Shown here: positions 36,810-50,360 of the stretch, piece after piece | Layout of the letters: every line of letters starts with the position of its first letter | How positions within the stretch are numbered: position 1 is the first letter of the stretch | Source: Balamuthia mandrillaris | Lineage: Eukaryota | Length of the DNA stretch: 64,000 bases | Assembly: GCA_031835245.2 (NCBI GenBank) | Contig: JAVKOQ020000088.1 | Coordinates: 62,001-126,000, forward strand | Direction: 5' to 3' | Position numbers and translations under genes: made by a program | The notes under the pieces: generated by a model | Databases searched by the model: none | Told to the model about the DNA's origin: nothing | What the model saw: only the letters and a program-made list of their open reading frames with translations

Positions 36810-37616
36810 GGTGCTGCAGATCAACCAAAAAAAAAGGGTATGATGAGAACATACAAGGGAAAAAAAAAATCAGACAAGATTGAAAAGCAACCCAAACAAA
36901 AAAAAAAGAAGGTGAAGCACAAAGAGAGAAGAAGAACAAAAACGATGAAAAGTGTGAAAAAAATAAAAATGAAAAACGTAGAGCTTGCAAGTACAGATCA
37001 CAGGAGAGGAAAAAAAAGAGAGCAGAGAGAAGAGAGAAAACGTACTTGAAAAAAAAAGACAAGACTAGCAAGCAGAAGAAAAATTTCGGCTAGCGAAGCG
37101 TGCGGTCAACAACCCAAACGTAAAACGAAATCGAACCCGAGCGCACGCCGAGGGGTGGTGGAGCTCCTGCCTCCTTTGTTTTGCTGGGCTGGCGAAAAAA
37201 GACCGCCAACCACCAAAACGAGAGCTTTTTTTTTATTGCCTCTTTGTTATTATTATCTTTAGGGGCAACAATTATTGTGATAGTTGAACTTTTTTGGTTT
37301 TTTAGTCGACATATGTGGTCGATAATTGTATCCTTCTACTGGTGGGGACGGGCAAGGTCTTATTTGTCGACATAACCAATCGATTTATCCTGATATTTTG
37401 AAAAATATGGCGATATAGTCGAACAGGAAGGTAAACCAATCGAAACAAAAAAAAACGAGTGAACGAAAGTTTTTTTTTTTTTTGCGGTGAACGGAAGAGA
37501 GGGTTGGTTGGGTTCTTTGCGTACTGTTACGACCAAAGAAAGAAGAAGACCCTCACTGGCCAGTGTGTAGTGTAGCGTGAATCGAAAGCCCATCAACAAC
37601 ATCAACAAGGAAAAAC

Positions 37617-39571
37617 ATGCAGGCCAAGGACATTGTACGCTTTTTTTTTTGTCCTTTGTATTTTGTTTTTGGCTTGGGCCTAGTGATGCTCTTTTTTTTT
37701 TTTTTTTGGCTCATTTGATTTTGGATGTTGTGATAGGTGGTTCGTGTGCGTTCCAAAGGAGGCACGCATCGAGTTCAGATCAGCCCTTCCAGCACTGTCG
37801 ATCAACTCAAAGAAAAGGTTTTGTTTTTCTGTTCTTTTTTAAAAAAATCAAGTTCTTTATTTCTGATATGGCATGCTGTCGTTATATCCACCATCATCCT
37901 CCCTCCCGCCTGTAGATTGCTGCTCAGACCTCGGTGCCGAAAGATGACCAAAAGCTGCATCTTGAGGAAAGGGGTCGTCCTGGCCGTGAGCTCACGCACT
38001 CCCAACAGACACTGATTTCTCTTGGCGCCACGTACATTTTTTCTCTCATCGCTCTCTTCTTTCTCCTCGCTTTCCCTCTCCCACTCTTCTCTGCTTCTCT
38101 GGTCCTCCTCTCCTTTTCTCTCGTTTGCTCTTTCTATGCTTCTCCCTTGCTCTTGTTTCTCACTCAACCCAATAATACCACCAGAAATGGACAGATGTTC
38201 TTTTTGGAGTATGAGGGAACAGATCCGAACCAAACAACAGGCAAAAAGTAAAGTTCCTTGTGCTTCGTTCATGGCATTTTTTGTTGGTTGCAATGATAAC
38301 AGCGCTAACCTGCTTTCAACTCTGATAACTTCAATGCATGCAGGAAGCTAAAAGATATCAAGAGAAAGTGGGACCTCAAGTCTTATATGGACCATCTAGA
38401 CAGTCAAGGCCTTATCTTTAAACGACAGGTAGCATCACTTCTTTCTTTTCCATTCCTCTGTCGTTCCTGCTTTATTCATTCTTTCTATTCCTCGCCCAAT
38501 AAATAGGAAGAATCTCATTGCAAGCAACTCTCTCCCGACTTCAACGCCTGTAACCAATTCCAACTCAACTGCCAGGCCTTTGCCTTCCAACGCTGCCGCA
38601 TTGGTCTCCTCTATGGCAACTACTCCACCGACACCAACCGCGTCACCGTCGACGTCATCTACGAACCTCCTCAACAACACCAACAGACCGAAGACGGAGT
38701 CGATCTCTCCTTCTCTTCTTCCACTTTCTTGTTGGATACAGCCGGGGAGGAGATAGCGAAAGCAGACGAACTGGCAGCTCTTCTCGGATATAAGAGAGTC
38801 GGTTGGGTTTTCTCGCATGAGGGAGAGAGGGAACATGTTTTCACTTCGCAGGAAGTCGTCGTAGCGGCGGAGATGCAGAGCCGGCTTATGAAGGAGGACC
38901 CTTTGATGGCCAAGTATTTTGTCACGTTGAAAGTCTTTCGTACGTTTATGTCTTTTTTCATTGTCCTTTTGACAAACAACAAAACTAACAACAAAAACAA
39001 AAATAACAGCAACGGAGGATGGAATGAGCAGCTTTGAGGCCTATCAGCTGTCCGATCAGGCCGTCAAGCTACAAGAGTCAGGGGTGCTCAAACCGATTCA
39101 ACGGGATGCCGCAGTTTGTCAGCTGCGCGAGGAGGTGTTGATGCACAGAGCCGGCGCTGGAAGGAAGGACGCCACCGAAATAGATCCCACCGTCTTGGTC
39201 GTTCCTGTAAGTTCTTTTCTGTCTTCCTTTCTTTTTTCCTTCCTCTTGTCTCACAATATACAAACAACACACAAAAGGTTGCGCTGGATAGCGAGTACCA
39301 AGGAGCTCTTCGGGCGGACTTCCCCATCGAGAACAGACCGGAGAGCCCGCAAACGACCGAAAGCCTCAAAGCCTACCTGCTGGCGAGAAAGAAAACGGGC
39401 GAGCCTTTCGTGAAGACGCTGGCAGACTTTCACCTCTTGCTGTTCCTGTGCAGCACGTATCTGGATCCGAAGACGGACATGCCGGCGTTGTGCCAGGCCG
39501 TTCAGACGGGGGACACGGAGGTGACGGAGGGGTTCAAGCTGCTCATCGAGTCTTTTGCTGGTCTCATGTAA
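37617..39571 (+). CDS. NPL4: NPL4-like p97/Cdc48 adaptor (ubiquitin-like N-terminus + MPN), multi-exon
   Basis: VVRVRSKGGTHRV Ub-like domain; RIGLLYG, VDVIYEPPQ, RVGWVFSH, FEAYQLSDQAV, FPIENR, LADFHLLLFL. Confidence 0.88.
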
Positions 39572-39852
39572 TTTGCTTTTCTCTCCTTTTTTTTTTGTGT
39601 AAAGTTTTTCCTCTCTTTCTTTTTTTTTTCCGGTTAGCGAATAGAAAATCAAATATTTGAGTTTGGACGAATGAAAAATCAAAAAATGCCATCTAGATCA
39701 TTTTTCCGATTGTCGTAGTTTGATTTGCTATTTGTTGAAAATCAAAAACAGGACAGGATTGGCCGGTCGGTAATCAACAGAAAAAGAAAGGCATGAAAGA
39801 AGAAAAGAACAAATAGTGAGCCATTGCCAACGACGGCCCGCCGGAAGAAAAA

Positions 39853-42762
39853 ATGTACATCGACTTAACGCCGAACGGAGAGGACGGCGCCGTCGGCGTT
39901 CCTCGAGCCAGAAAGAAGCCCTTTGGTCATGCTTGGCGCCATCCCCAGCCAGAAGGCAACGCCGGGGCCGCCCTTTCTTCTGAAAGAAAAATCCATCCTC
40001 AGCAAACCGCATCGCATTCGATTCGACAGCGTGCGTTTTGGATTCGTGTTGTCGGTGTGGGTTGGGAGAGGTTCAGGTTGATGTTTGGGTTGGACTACCG
40101 CTCTATGGCGTTGTGCAGGATCATGCTGGGCCTCTCCATACTCGGCGACCTCATGGATCGTTCTCGTGATCTCTCCGTCCACTACACTGATGACGGTATC
40201 TCTCTTTTTTTTTTAAATGTTTTTATTTATTCCATTTTCTCATTCTTTCTTTCCGCCATCAACAACAACAGGAATACTTCCAAGAGGGCTTGCCATGCAG
40301 CTCTTCCAGAACCACTATGCCTTCTCCATCTACAACGCGGCGGGAGGCCTCTACGCCGTCTCCTTCCTCTTCCTCCTCCACGCCCTCTGCGCCCTTTCCT
40401 TTCTGTTGGGATGGCGGACGCGTCTCTCCTCGGTGTTGCTGTGGTGCTTTGACTTGGGGCTCTTTCATCGCAACTCGCTGTTGTCGCATGGAGGGGATGA
40501 CTTTTTGAAGTTGGTCCTGTTTTGGGCCATGTGGCTGCCTATGGGAGAGAGCTATTCTCTGGATGCTGTCTTGGCTTCTCGTTCTTCTTCTTCTTCTTCT
40601 TCTTGTTCTTCTTGTTCTTCTTCTTCTTCTTCTTCTTCTTCTTCTTCTTCTTCTTGTTCTTCTTCTTCTTCTTCTTCTTCTTCCTTCTCCTCCTCCTCAT
40701 CACCTCCACAACTCAAAGCAACGAGCAATAATCACAAAGAAGAAGATGCAACAAACACGAAACAACAGAAGACAGAGGAACCAAAGAAGAAAGACTACAT
40801 CTACTTCTCGGCGGCAACATTTGCACTGGTTCTTCAAATAGCCTTTCTCTACTCCTTCTCTTACGTCCACAAGACAGGAGCTGCATGGACTAAAGACGGA
40901 ACAGCCACTCTTCTTGCTTTGCAACTCAAATACTTTTACATGCCGATGGGAAGCTTCTTTCTGTGGCTGAATGATGTGTTGGGCACTTTTTGGACGCCTT
41001 TTGGTTCGTTCTCTTTACTCTCGCATTTGACGTTTGCGGTGTTGTATTGGGAAGGTTTTGGGCCATTGTGCTTCTTCTCGCCGGTTTGGACACAGCCGTT
41101 GAGGTTGTTTGGAGCTGTAGGATTTATTGCTATGCATTTGGGACTTGCTATTTGGTATCTGCGTCTTGCTCTTTCCATTACTATCTTTCTATTGGTTTTT
41201 TTAAACGTCTTTGTCTCTTCTTCACTTTTTATTGACTTGTTGCATTCTGTTGTAACATACAAAGCTTGCGTTTGGGCTTTTTCTTTTGGGTATGCTTCTC
41301 TACTCTTCTTATTCTCCTTCCAAGTTGGTTCTGGGACGATTTAGTTCTTCCTCGACTTCGCACAAGAGAACGTCTCGCCTTAAGGATCGTATATCCCGCT
41401 CACTGTCGCTTCTGCCAGTCACTTCTTCGTTTCTTCTCCGCGTTCTTTCTTCTTCCTGAAACAACTCTACGAAAAGCTTCTTGTCACCATCGTCAACATC
41501 AACATCTCTTCAACATTGATAAGGTAAAAGCAGACAGTGATGAAGATGATGAAGAAGAATATGAAGAATATAGAGAAGAGAAAGAAGAAGAAGAAGAAGA
41601 AGAAGAAGAAGAAGAAGAGGATTTTTGGTGTGAGCAATGGAAGGTAATAGATTCGAATGGAACTGTACATCGAGGCTTTGATGCTTTTGTGGCGATTCTT
41701 CGATACTCTTTTGTGCCGATGTCATCTTTCTTCGTATTTGTGATTCAGAGAACGAACCTGAAAGTGATGGCCGAGAGAATATACAACGAGTTGGTATTGG
41801 ATCTTCATGACACCTTTTGCGAACATCAACATAACCTTCATTCCTATCCGTTGATGCTGCAAACGTATAATCGTAAACGGCAACAACAACAACAAAACGA
41901 AGCAAGTGAACAAGAAGAAGAAGCAAAAGAAGACAAAGACTCAGTTTTGATGATACTGAACGAACAGGAACATATGTACAATCGACGAAACATTGCAAAG
42001 AAAAAGAGGACGTATCGGCGGCAACGACAAAAAGATAATTCGTGGGCCGTTATGCTGTCTCCAGAAGAACGTTTGCGGATATGGGCGTTGAGCTTCTTCA
42101 TCTCCTTGGTAAAAAATATGCTGTACACTACCATCATCCTCTTCTTCCTCTTCATGAGCTTCGGCTGGTGCATGCTCAACGTGCAAAAGGCGGAATGGGC
42201 GGTGGCTATTGAGGAATGGAAGCCTCTGGCCATGACCTTTGGCATTCATCAGAACTGGGGTATGTTTGCACCAAGCCCACCAGACTCGAACTTTTGGTTT
42301 GCTATCAAAGGTTTGTTCTTTCATTTTCATTCTTTCTTGTTCTTCTTCTCTTTATTACGGTCTTTGTCTTTCCCTCTTTCTTTGCATCGTTTTGCTGAAA
42401 CCACAACAAAAGTAACAATACGAAACGGAACAACGTACGATCTGTTTGGAGCGGGAGAGAAAGGCGGTGTTTGGACTGATTGGAGTGCTCTTCGCCCTTA
42501 TTCCGAGGAGCCAATAGAACCCTTCCACTCACCCTTCAAGAACCATCGTTGGTACAAGTTTTGGGAGGCAGCCACGCGGCACGAGAGCGTGCGAAGGAGG
42601 TTCCTTCAGGTTATGTGTCAACGGTGGAAGCGATGGCAACCTTTGAAGCTGAGAAGAGACGTGCAGGAGATGGAGTTGGTGCAAATTACCGAGTATGCGG
42701 ATGGACGAAGGAGAAAGGCTTCTTTGGGGACCATGGCGTGTATTGTTAGCGGGAGGCATTGA
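39853..42762 (+). CDS. HTTM-domain membrane protein fused to DCC1-like CxxC thiol-disulfide domain (4 exons)
   Basis: FGLDYRSMALCRI..DLMDRSRDLSVHYTDDG-ILPR, HRNSLLSHGGD, LPMGESYSLD, KTGAAWTKDGTA, MHLGL, VYPAHCRFC, HQNWGMFAP, HRWYK. Confidence 0.85.
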
Positions 42763-42797
42763 TTCTATTTTCCTTCTCTCTACGCTCTCTCTCTCTC

Positions 42798-42833
<36 letters not shown>

Positions 42834-42967
42834 CAGTCCCAATAATCGTCGACAAAATTACCAATATTACAAATATTTAGCACTTTTCCATATTTCAATA
42901 ATATTTCCACTTAATGAATAAAAATCGATAATATTTATTCAACAAATAAAGAAAGAGAAAAACAAAG

Positions 42968-44598
42968 ATGGAGAGAAGCGCCTCCTCCCCCTCTTCCTCC
43001 TCTTCTTCAGCTTCTGCTCTTCTTCGCTTTCCGCGTCTGCGCACCGCCTGGATGGTCGTCGGCTCCGCTCTGCTCCTCGGCGGGCTGTCCTTCTACCTCT
43101 GGCGCAAGACCCGGCTCTGGCGCGAGGTCCTCCTCTTCAAGCGCGACATCAACCGCCGCCTCCAGCAGGAGCGCCAGCAGAGGAAGGCCCGAGGGGAGGC
43201 CCCTTGCTTTCGGGACATGCTGCTCGGGGTGGCCGTCGGGGACGCCTTTGGCGCCGGCATTGAGTTCAAGTCCAGGGAGTGGATCCTGGAGAACGTGGAC
43301 TTTAGCCGCTACCTGAACGAGAGGAAGGGCAGCTGGGGAGAGGGATTTAGCGCCGGCATGTGGACCGACGACACTGAGATGACCATTGGAACGGTTTGTT
43401 TTCTCTCTTTTTCTTTCTTTTTTTCTTTTTTTTCGTTCTTTTTCTTTTAAACTTTAAAAAAAATAAAAAAAAAAATAGATGAAAGCGATGATGGAGTGTG
43501 AGATATTGAACAGCGAAATATTGTTGACGTATTGGTTGAACGAGTATAAACTCAGCGAGTATAGAAACGGCGTTCCTAGACAAGGCCACGGCGGCATTCG
43601 GTTTGTTATATCTTCTCTTTTTCTCTCTCCCTGTTCTTCTGTCTTCATTCTTTTTCTTTCTTCTTTTCCTGTTCTTTCTTTTCTTCTTTTCTTCTTCCTT
43701 GTTCCTTCTTATTTCTTCTCTGTCTCGTTCTGCTTTTTCATTTCTATCTTCCAGAAACTTTTTCACCGGTGGCTGCACCATCGAGGAGCTTCGCCAACAA
43801 AACCGCGAGAAGGAATATCCTGGCAATGCCCCTCCCATGCGTGCCATCCCTCTGGCCTTCATCCAAGACGATCCCCAACGTCAGTTTCATTACGCCCTCA
43901 TCAACGCCGACGCCACTCATCCTCATCCAAAAGCGCGAGCAGCGAGTTATCTCATAGTCAAGGCGGCGGAATATATGATTATAAAGAGGGAGGAGCCTAG
44001 AGGCATCATTGACTACTGCCTGGCGTCATGCGGAGTGGAAAAGATCGATGAGGAGACGTACGATTATTTGAGGGAGGTCAATCAGCTAGAGGACTATCAT
44101 GTATTAGAAGAAAAAAGCAGAAACAGAGAAAGACAAAGAAGAGAGAGAATGGAAAAGAGAAAAGATCGTGACGAGGAAGATTATGAAGAAGATGAAGAAG
44201 AAGAATGTGGAATCGACTATGAATTGCTGTGTGGACCTCAGCCAATACCTACGTATAATATCAATGGCGTTGGACCAGACAGCATGCGAACTGCTGGTTG
44301 TGTTCTTTACATTCTTAAGGTTCTTTTTTCCTTTTCCATTTCCCTTTTCTTCATTTTTACTTAGTTTTTTTTCCAGTTTTATCGCAGCCCAATGGACACT
44401 CTGCGTATTGCTATACAGATGGGAGGGGACGTGGACTCTCTGGCCTCGATCTGTTTGGGCATCGTGGGGGGACGGTACGGCCTCACCGGCCTCCCTTCGT
44501 GGATGTTTGACCAGCTGGAGGCCAAGGACGAGCTCATCGCTTTGGCGAAGCGTTTCGAGGAGTTCGTGGCAGAGGCGGAGTCTTGCGTGTTGCCTTGA
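42968..44598 (+). CDS. ADP-ribosylglycohydrolase (DraG/ARH family) with N-terminal TM anchor, multi-exon
   Basis: LLGVAVGDAFGAGIEF, WTDDTEMT, GNAPPMRAIP, ATHPHP, GGDVDSLASICLGIVG. Confidence 0.9.
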
Positions 44599-44887
44599 GA
44601 TCATTGCAAATTCAAACAACCAATAGAAAATCAATGTTATGACCTTATCATTTTACTAATATGGAATTCATCTTCGATTTAAGATCTGATTTCCTAAAAT
44701 GAAGTTCCTAAATCCCCGATACTTTCTAAATATGGTAAAATTCATTTTAAATATCCATTCTCATAATTGTTATGTCCGATACCGTAATTCCTCTCCTCTC
44801 CAACCTCTATAGTAACAAAGAACAGCGGAAAGTCAAAGAACAGGACACCCAGGGAAGAAAAAAAAGTGAAAGTTAAGACAACAGCGC

Positions 44888-46401
44888 ATGACGAAGGCCG
44901 GCTCGTTTATCTCGTTTGTAAGCATCAGTTCCGTATGGGCTATATTGGGTCTCGCCAGAGGAAAGTATTGTCACCATGGCTCGTTCCTCGATGACTTTCC
45001 GCCGAACGATAGTTGTTGTTGGTTGTCTCGCAAAGACGACTCCAACTCGTTCCGGTTCCGTCCATCTTCCTCAAGAACGTACCGGCACAACGAGGGGAGA
45101 ACGAAGACTAGGACCAGGGAAGATGTGGCAGCAGATATTTTAACCGTCGCGTATATTGGAAGCCGGGAAGCAAGCATCTCTATTTTGGACAGCACAACGG
45201 GTCGGCTGCACCCGGTCACCAACCAGGTTCACTTTTCTCTGGACTTCCGTTCTTGCTTTCAGGCTTCTCTCCGCTATATCTTCTTTCTTATGTTTCTCCC
45301 ATCGAATAACAAAAGACTATTCCGGTTGGAGGCAACTTGAACTTACCTCCAGTCAACGGAGCAAGAGCATGGGACATCAAGGATGGCCGCCTCTTCTTCA
45401 TCGGCACCACCGACCAAACCACCTATCTCTACACCTTTGACCTTCTCACGCAACGCCTAACGGCCTCCTCCGAAGCGCTAGAGCTCCTGCCATGGTTCTT
45501 CCCGGCTATCTCTGGTGCTTTGCGGTGGAACCCTTTGGAGTGGTTCGCGCTCCCTTATCTCTCTACTTGTTGGAAGTCTCTACCGGGAGGATGAAGTTGG
45601 TGGATGACTTTGAAGAAAGGTATTGCAAGTCGGTCTCCACGAGTAGAGATAACTATTGTGGAGCATATGACTCTGGCAGTTGTCGCTTCTTCATCTTTTT
45701 GGATGCCAATGATAACATAAAGAAGAAAAAGAAAAGGAATGAAGACGAAGGATCAGAGAGTGAAGTGGCGGATAACGAGTATGACTATGAAAGAAGAAAG
45801 AAACGAAAGAAGAGCGATCCAGGGAAGGAGGACCCTCTCCTCCTCATCGTCGACACCAGCACATTCCAAACCAGCGTTGTTCGCATCTGCTTTGCGGAGC
45901 TGATGCTTATGACCTCTGTGAAACTAAATCAGTTGGAATCTTTCGTCTACAGCCCAACCTGGGACTGTCTCTTTGGTTTTGCCGCCTGCACCAACAAGAA
46001 GAAGAATCATCAGCGGTTACGAATGCATTTTGTTCGCATCGATGTGGCCACTGGGGAGGTCACATTGTTGGGCAAGCAATGGAAGAGCCATCAGAGAGCA
46101 GAGGATGGGTTGATGGTGCTTGACGACGAACGGGGGCTTCTGTACACATCTATTGTCAAGTTCGGTTCTTCTCCTTCTGTTCTTTCCGTTCGCTATTTTT
46201 GTCTTTTTAGTCCGCTAACGATTTTCTCTCTGTTGCTGCTAAAGTGAGATGTCGTGGTTCACAACGCATTGGCGGTTTGTAACGATAGACGTGAGGACCG
46301 GAGAGGTAGCAAACGAAACTTCATGGTATAACGCGAGCTCCCGCACCATCTGCTTCTTTCCTCCCGCTCTCCTTCAGCCAGTAAACGAAAACCACTCCTA
46401 G
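44888..46401 (+). CDS. Hypothetical multi-exon protein, beta-propeller-like
   Basis: Exons with repeated xIDxxTGxV units (ILDSTTGRL, RIDVATGEV, TIDVRTGEV); splice model partly uncertain around 45490-45580. Confidence 0.55.
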
Positions 46402-46717
46402 ATTTTATCAACCACTCTCTACCACTCTCTTCTCCTGCTTGCTCCCCCTTTTCCTTTCCTTTTTGCTTCCCTTCGCCCGGCTTCCACTCCCAGCAGCAGC
46501 ACCGGGTCACCCAATGCGGCCCTACAGTGCTTCGGGGATTGGTGTGTGCTATATATTACGTCGACAAATATTCAGAAAAAGGAAATGGCGACTTTTCGGG
46601 TGATTAATTTTAAGGTATCACCTTAAATAACCTCGATTTTTTTGCAGCCTATCTAATGATTTGCTTCTTTGTGCTGCAGCGTAAAGAAGAAGAAGAAGAG
46701 CACAAACAGCAACAACA

Positions 46718-49700
46718 ATGGAGAAGGATAGGAAGGACGAGAAGGAAGAGAAGAAGAAGAAGAAGAGGAGGAGGAGGGAGAAGGACACGAAAAAGGAGGG
46801 GAAGAAGGCCGATGGGAAATCGAAGCCTGGCAAGGAGAAACGGGATGAATCTTCCACTCCACAGAAGGAGAGAAAGAAACACTCTCACTCACGGTCCACC
46901 ATTGAGAAACCAATGCACAAGAAAGAGGAAGAACGTTTGAAAAAGAGCAAAAAGAAGAGCAGTAGTCATATTCATCACCACCATCACTCATCGACGAAGG
47001 ACAGAGAGGCCCCTCCGGCAGCTGAAGAACCGCATGAAGAAAAGAAGGAACATCACTGGAAAGATGCTGCACCATCGAAAGAGCAACAAAACAAAGAAAA
47101 CTACGGAGAGAGAAAACTTAAGCAGGAAAGTCATCACCGACATCATCACAAAAGAAAAGCAAAAGAGGGAGTGACGGACAAGGAAGCGACGAAAGCAACT
47201 ACAGAAAAGGTTCGAAGAAGCAGCAGCAAAGCACATGTTGCAAAGGAGAAGTTGAAGAAGGACGACGAAGACAAAAAGAAAACGAAGAAGAAAAAGCAAA
47301 CGGAGCAGGACAAAAAGGAAAAGAAGGTCAAGAAAAGGAGGAAGCAGCCGGGGCCGACAAGTGGAGAAGCAAAGATCGATAAAGGCGCCAGAAAGAAGAA
47401 AGCAAAGCCAGAGAAAGCAAAAAAGAAGGAAAAGAAGAACGAACACCATTCTCATCACAAACACAAGCGTATTGAAAAGAAGCAACGAACCAATGAAGAA
47501 GCGGCTGCTGAAGGAGGAGACGACCAAACGGTAAAAGAGGAAAGGAACGAAACGGTAAAAGAGGAAGTCGCGTCACTGCAAAATGAGAAAGTAGAGGAAC
47601 AAACTGTCGAACTTCGTGAAGAACCAAAACAGGTTGAAGCCGGAAGAGAAGCCGGAGGAGCCCAGAGTGACCAGGAAGAAGACAAGGAAGACAAGGAAGA
47701 TAAGGAAGAGGAAGCAGAAGCAGAAGGAGAAGCAGAAGCAGAAGCAGAAGAAGAAGAAGAAGAAGAAGAAGAAGAACAAGAAGAAGAAGAACAAGAAGCA
47801 CAAACACAAACAAATCCAGATGGAGGAGGAGGAGGAGGAGGAGGAGGAGGAGGAGAAGAAGAAGAAGAACAAGAAGAAGAAGAACAAGAAGAAGAAGAAC
47901 AAGAAGAAGAAGGAGAAGAAGAAGAAGCACGAGCAAAACAAGAGGAAGAAGAAGGAGTAAAGGAAGCACTACACACTTCATATGATGTGTCAGTGTCAAC
48001 AAAACAAGAGGAAGAGACTAGTTCCAAAGAGCCAGCGCTAGCAGAACATGAGGAAAACGAACAAGTGAAGGACCTTGCCGAACAACAAAAGGAGAGAGAA
48101 AGAATTGAATATGAAGCGTATGCCTCAGAACCTTCAACGGCTTCATTCAAAGAATGTTCCTTCTTGAGCGATGATGTGGAAGAGCAACAGGGAAGAGATG
48201 ACCAAGAAGCAGAGAAAAGAGACAAAAAAGGAGATGAGGTTGTTCACCAAGGAGAAGTAGCAGTGTCAACTGGGGAGCAAAAGAATGAGGAATTCCACAA
48301 CCAACCGCACGAAGAAAGCACAGAAGAACCCAAAACAGAGGCCAAGAATGACGAACAAGAACCACTAACTCTTGAGAAGGAAGCGCTCCTTATTGAGGCT
48401 GCTCCCTCGCCGCGCACACAAATGGAGAAGGAGAAAGAGGAAGCCGTTGGAACTAGAGACAGCGATGAGAACTGTGACACTAAAGAGCATGAAGTGGAGG
48501 CAACACCGCAGCAGCACCCTGCACCAACAAGCAAGGTTCCTCCTGTAAATCTAGCATCCGTCATAGCAAACACAATTGATCAGGACATGCCTCTCACCGC
48601 TCCTTCCAGAGTCTTAAGCGAAGAATCGAAAGAAGCACTGCTGGAACAGTTGCCAAGATCGATCAGCATTGACTCCAAAGAGGCTGTTCGACGTATCGCT
48701 AGAAAAGTGGTGAGTGCGAGAGACTCGTCCGTTGCCAATCGTTGGCAGTTGAGAATGCAACAGAAGAAAGAAGAAGAAGATGCCACTGTGCGTTACTCTC
48801 TTCGCTCTCTCTCACTCTCCTTCTCTCTCTGGTTGGTTCTAATTTATTTCTTTGGTGAAATGCAGTATAAGACTATGGCAGCAGAACGGGTGAACGATGG
48901 CATTAAGTGGATGGACTCTCAAATCCGCGTCCTTATCAAAGAAATTCTCCGGCTCACCACTCTCTCCTCCCCTTCTTCTCCATCCCCATCTATACCTTCA
49001 GACAACACCAATGACGTTTCTTCCTCTCCAGACAGCAACGCCAGCAACAACGACGTTGTTTCTTCCAACAATTGTCCTGATGAAGCCCCTTCTGCCATTT
49101 CTACTCCAATTAACCGTCCGGAAGGAGAGCCTAGTACAATCAAGAAAGAGTGCAACCACGCATTAGCGGTAGTCTCCTTCAAACTGCTATTCGACAAAAC
49201 GGTGGGAAGCATGCCCGCTTTGAGCGCTACTCTCAGCATGGCAAAGAAGTATGGGGTGGTGGACTACGAAGGAGACCTGTTGATGCAAGGAGCTTCCGAC
49301 CACGTTATCATTTCCTTGTTGAAGGAGAATTTTGAGGCCGCTGTGTTGACGAACGGCGAGCCGCCTTCTCCGAGAAGAAAGGTTTGTTTTCAGGTCTTTC
49401 TTTATTCGCAGGTTGTGTAACTGACCAAACAAAATATGAAGTATGCACAACCGTTGAAACAGTTTAGCATGACCACAGAGCTGGCACATGCCCCTCAAAA
49501 ATGTGATGGCTGTCAAAAGACAGTCTATCCGTTGGAGCGGGTGGTGGCCAATGCCAAGGTCTTTCACAGAGGCTGTTTCCGTTGTTGTGTGTGTAACACT
49601 GTGATGAAAGCCAACTCGGACTACTGTTTCCTTAACGATAGGTTTTATTGGTACGTTCTCTCTTGTAGTTTTTTCTTTTTTTTTTTTTCCTCGTCATTTC

Positions 49701-49814
49701 GTTCGTTTCCTTCTTACAGAAACGCAAATTAGTGTGCCACATTATCAACGCTTGGTAAGCGAGGCTGGCGGAGGCTATGCATTTGCAGGCACCGCTGCCA
49801 ATGGACAGAAATGA
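46718..49814 (+). CDS. Lys/Glu-rich protein with Costars domain and C-terminal LIM domain
   Basis: Costars: [15 protein letters not shown]...VSFKLLFD...[50 protein letters not shown]...[11 protein letters not shown]...YC|VPHY; TGA 49812-49814. Confidence 0.82.
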
Positions 49815-50360
49815 TGCGCTTCCGCTTCAACCCATGCCAACCAACGCACCGAGCCAGTTTCGTTGGACTTTTTTTTGCTCTTCTCTCTTTTCATTCATTC
49901 TCGAAACGACACTTACCTAATCGACGCTAACACCTCATCAACAACCAAATTTGGTTATGATGATGTCACGAAACAAATTTCACGTCGTCATGAACTCAAG
50001 TGAACTCCAAAAAAAAAAAGAAACAAAAAAAAAAAAGATATAAGAACAACACAGAAGACGGGGAGCGGGGCATCCCTGTTGTTTACGCGACGACAAGAAG
50101 AAAAAAAACGTAAGAATGCCTTCTCTCTCTCTCTCTCTCTCTCTGCCTTCTTCGGTGGACTCACCCCAAGAACACTTTTGCTGATATATTTCTCTTTTTT
50201 GTTCAACGAAATCTTTGACAAGCCCAACTTCTTCTTCCAAAATAGATTTGCTTTGCTTGTGCTTCTTCTGCTTTTTCTTGTTCTTCTTCTTCTTCTTCTT
50301 CTTCTTCTTCTTCCCCCTCTCTTCTTTGGCCAGAAGACACGAAAGAGCAAGAGGAGGACC

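Noticed and set aside
45490..45580. Apparent frameshift between overlapping ORFs
   Set aside because: Can be explained by a roughly 60-nt GT-AG intron restoring the frame; no need to invoke recoding.
47328..48225. Antisense poly-Leu/Ser/Phe ORFs
   Set aside because: Artefacts of GAA/GGA repeats in the sense Glu-rich coding region.
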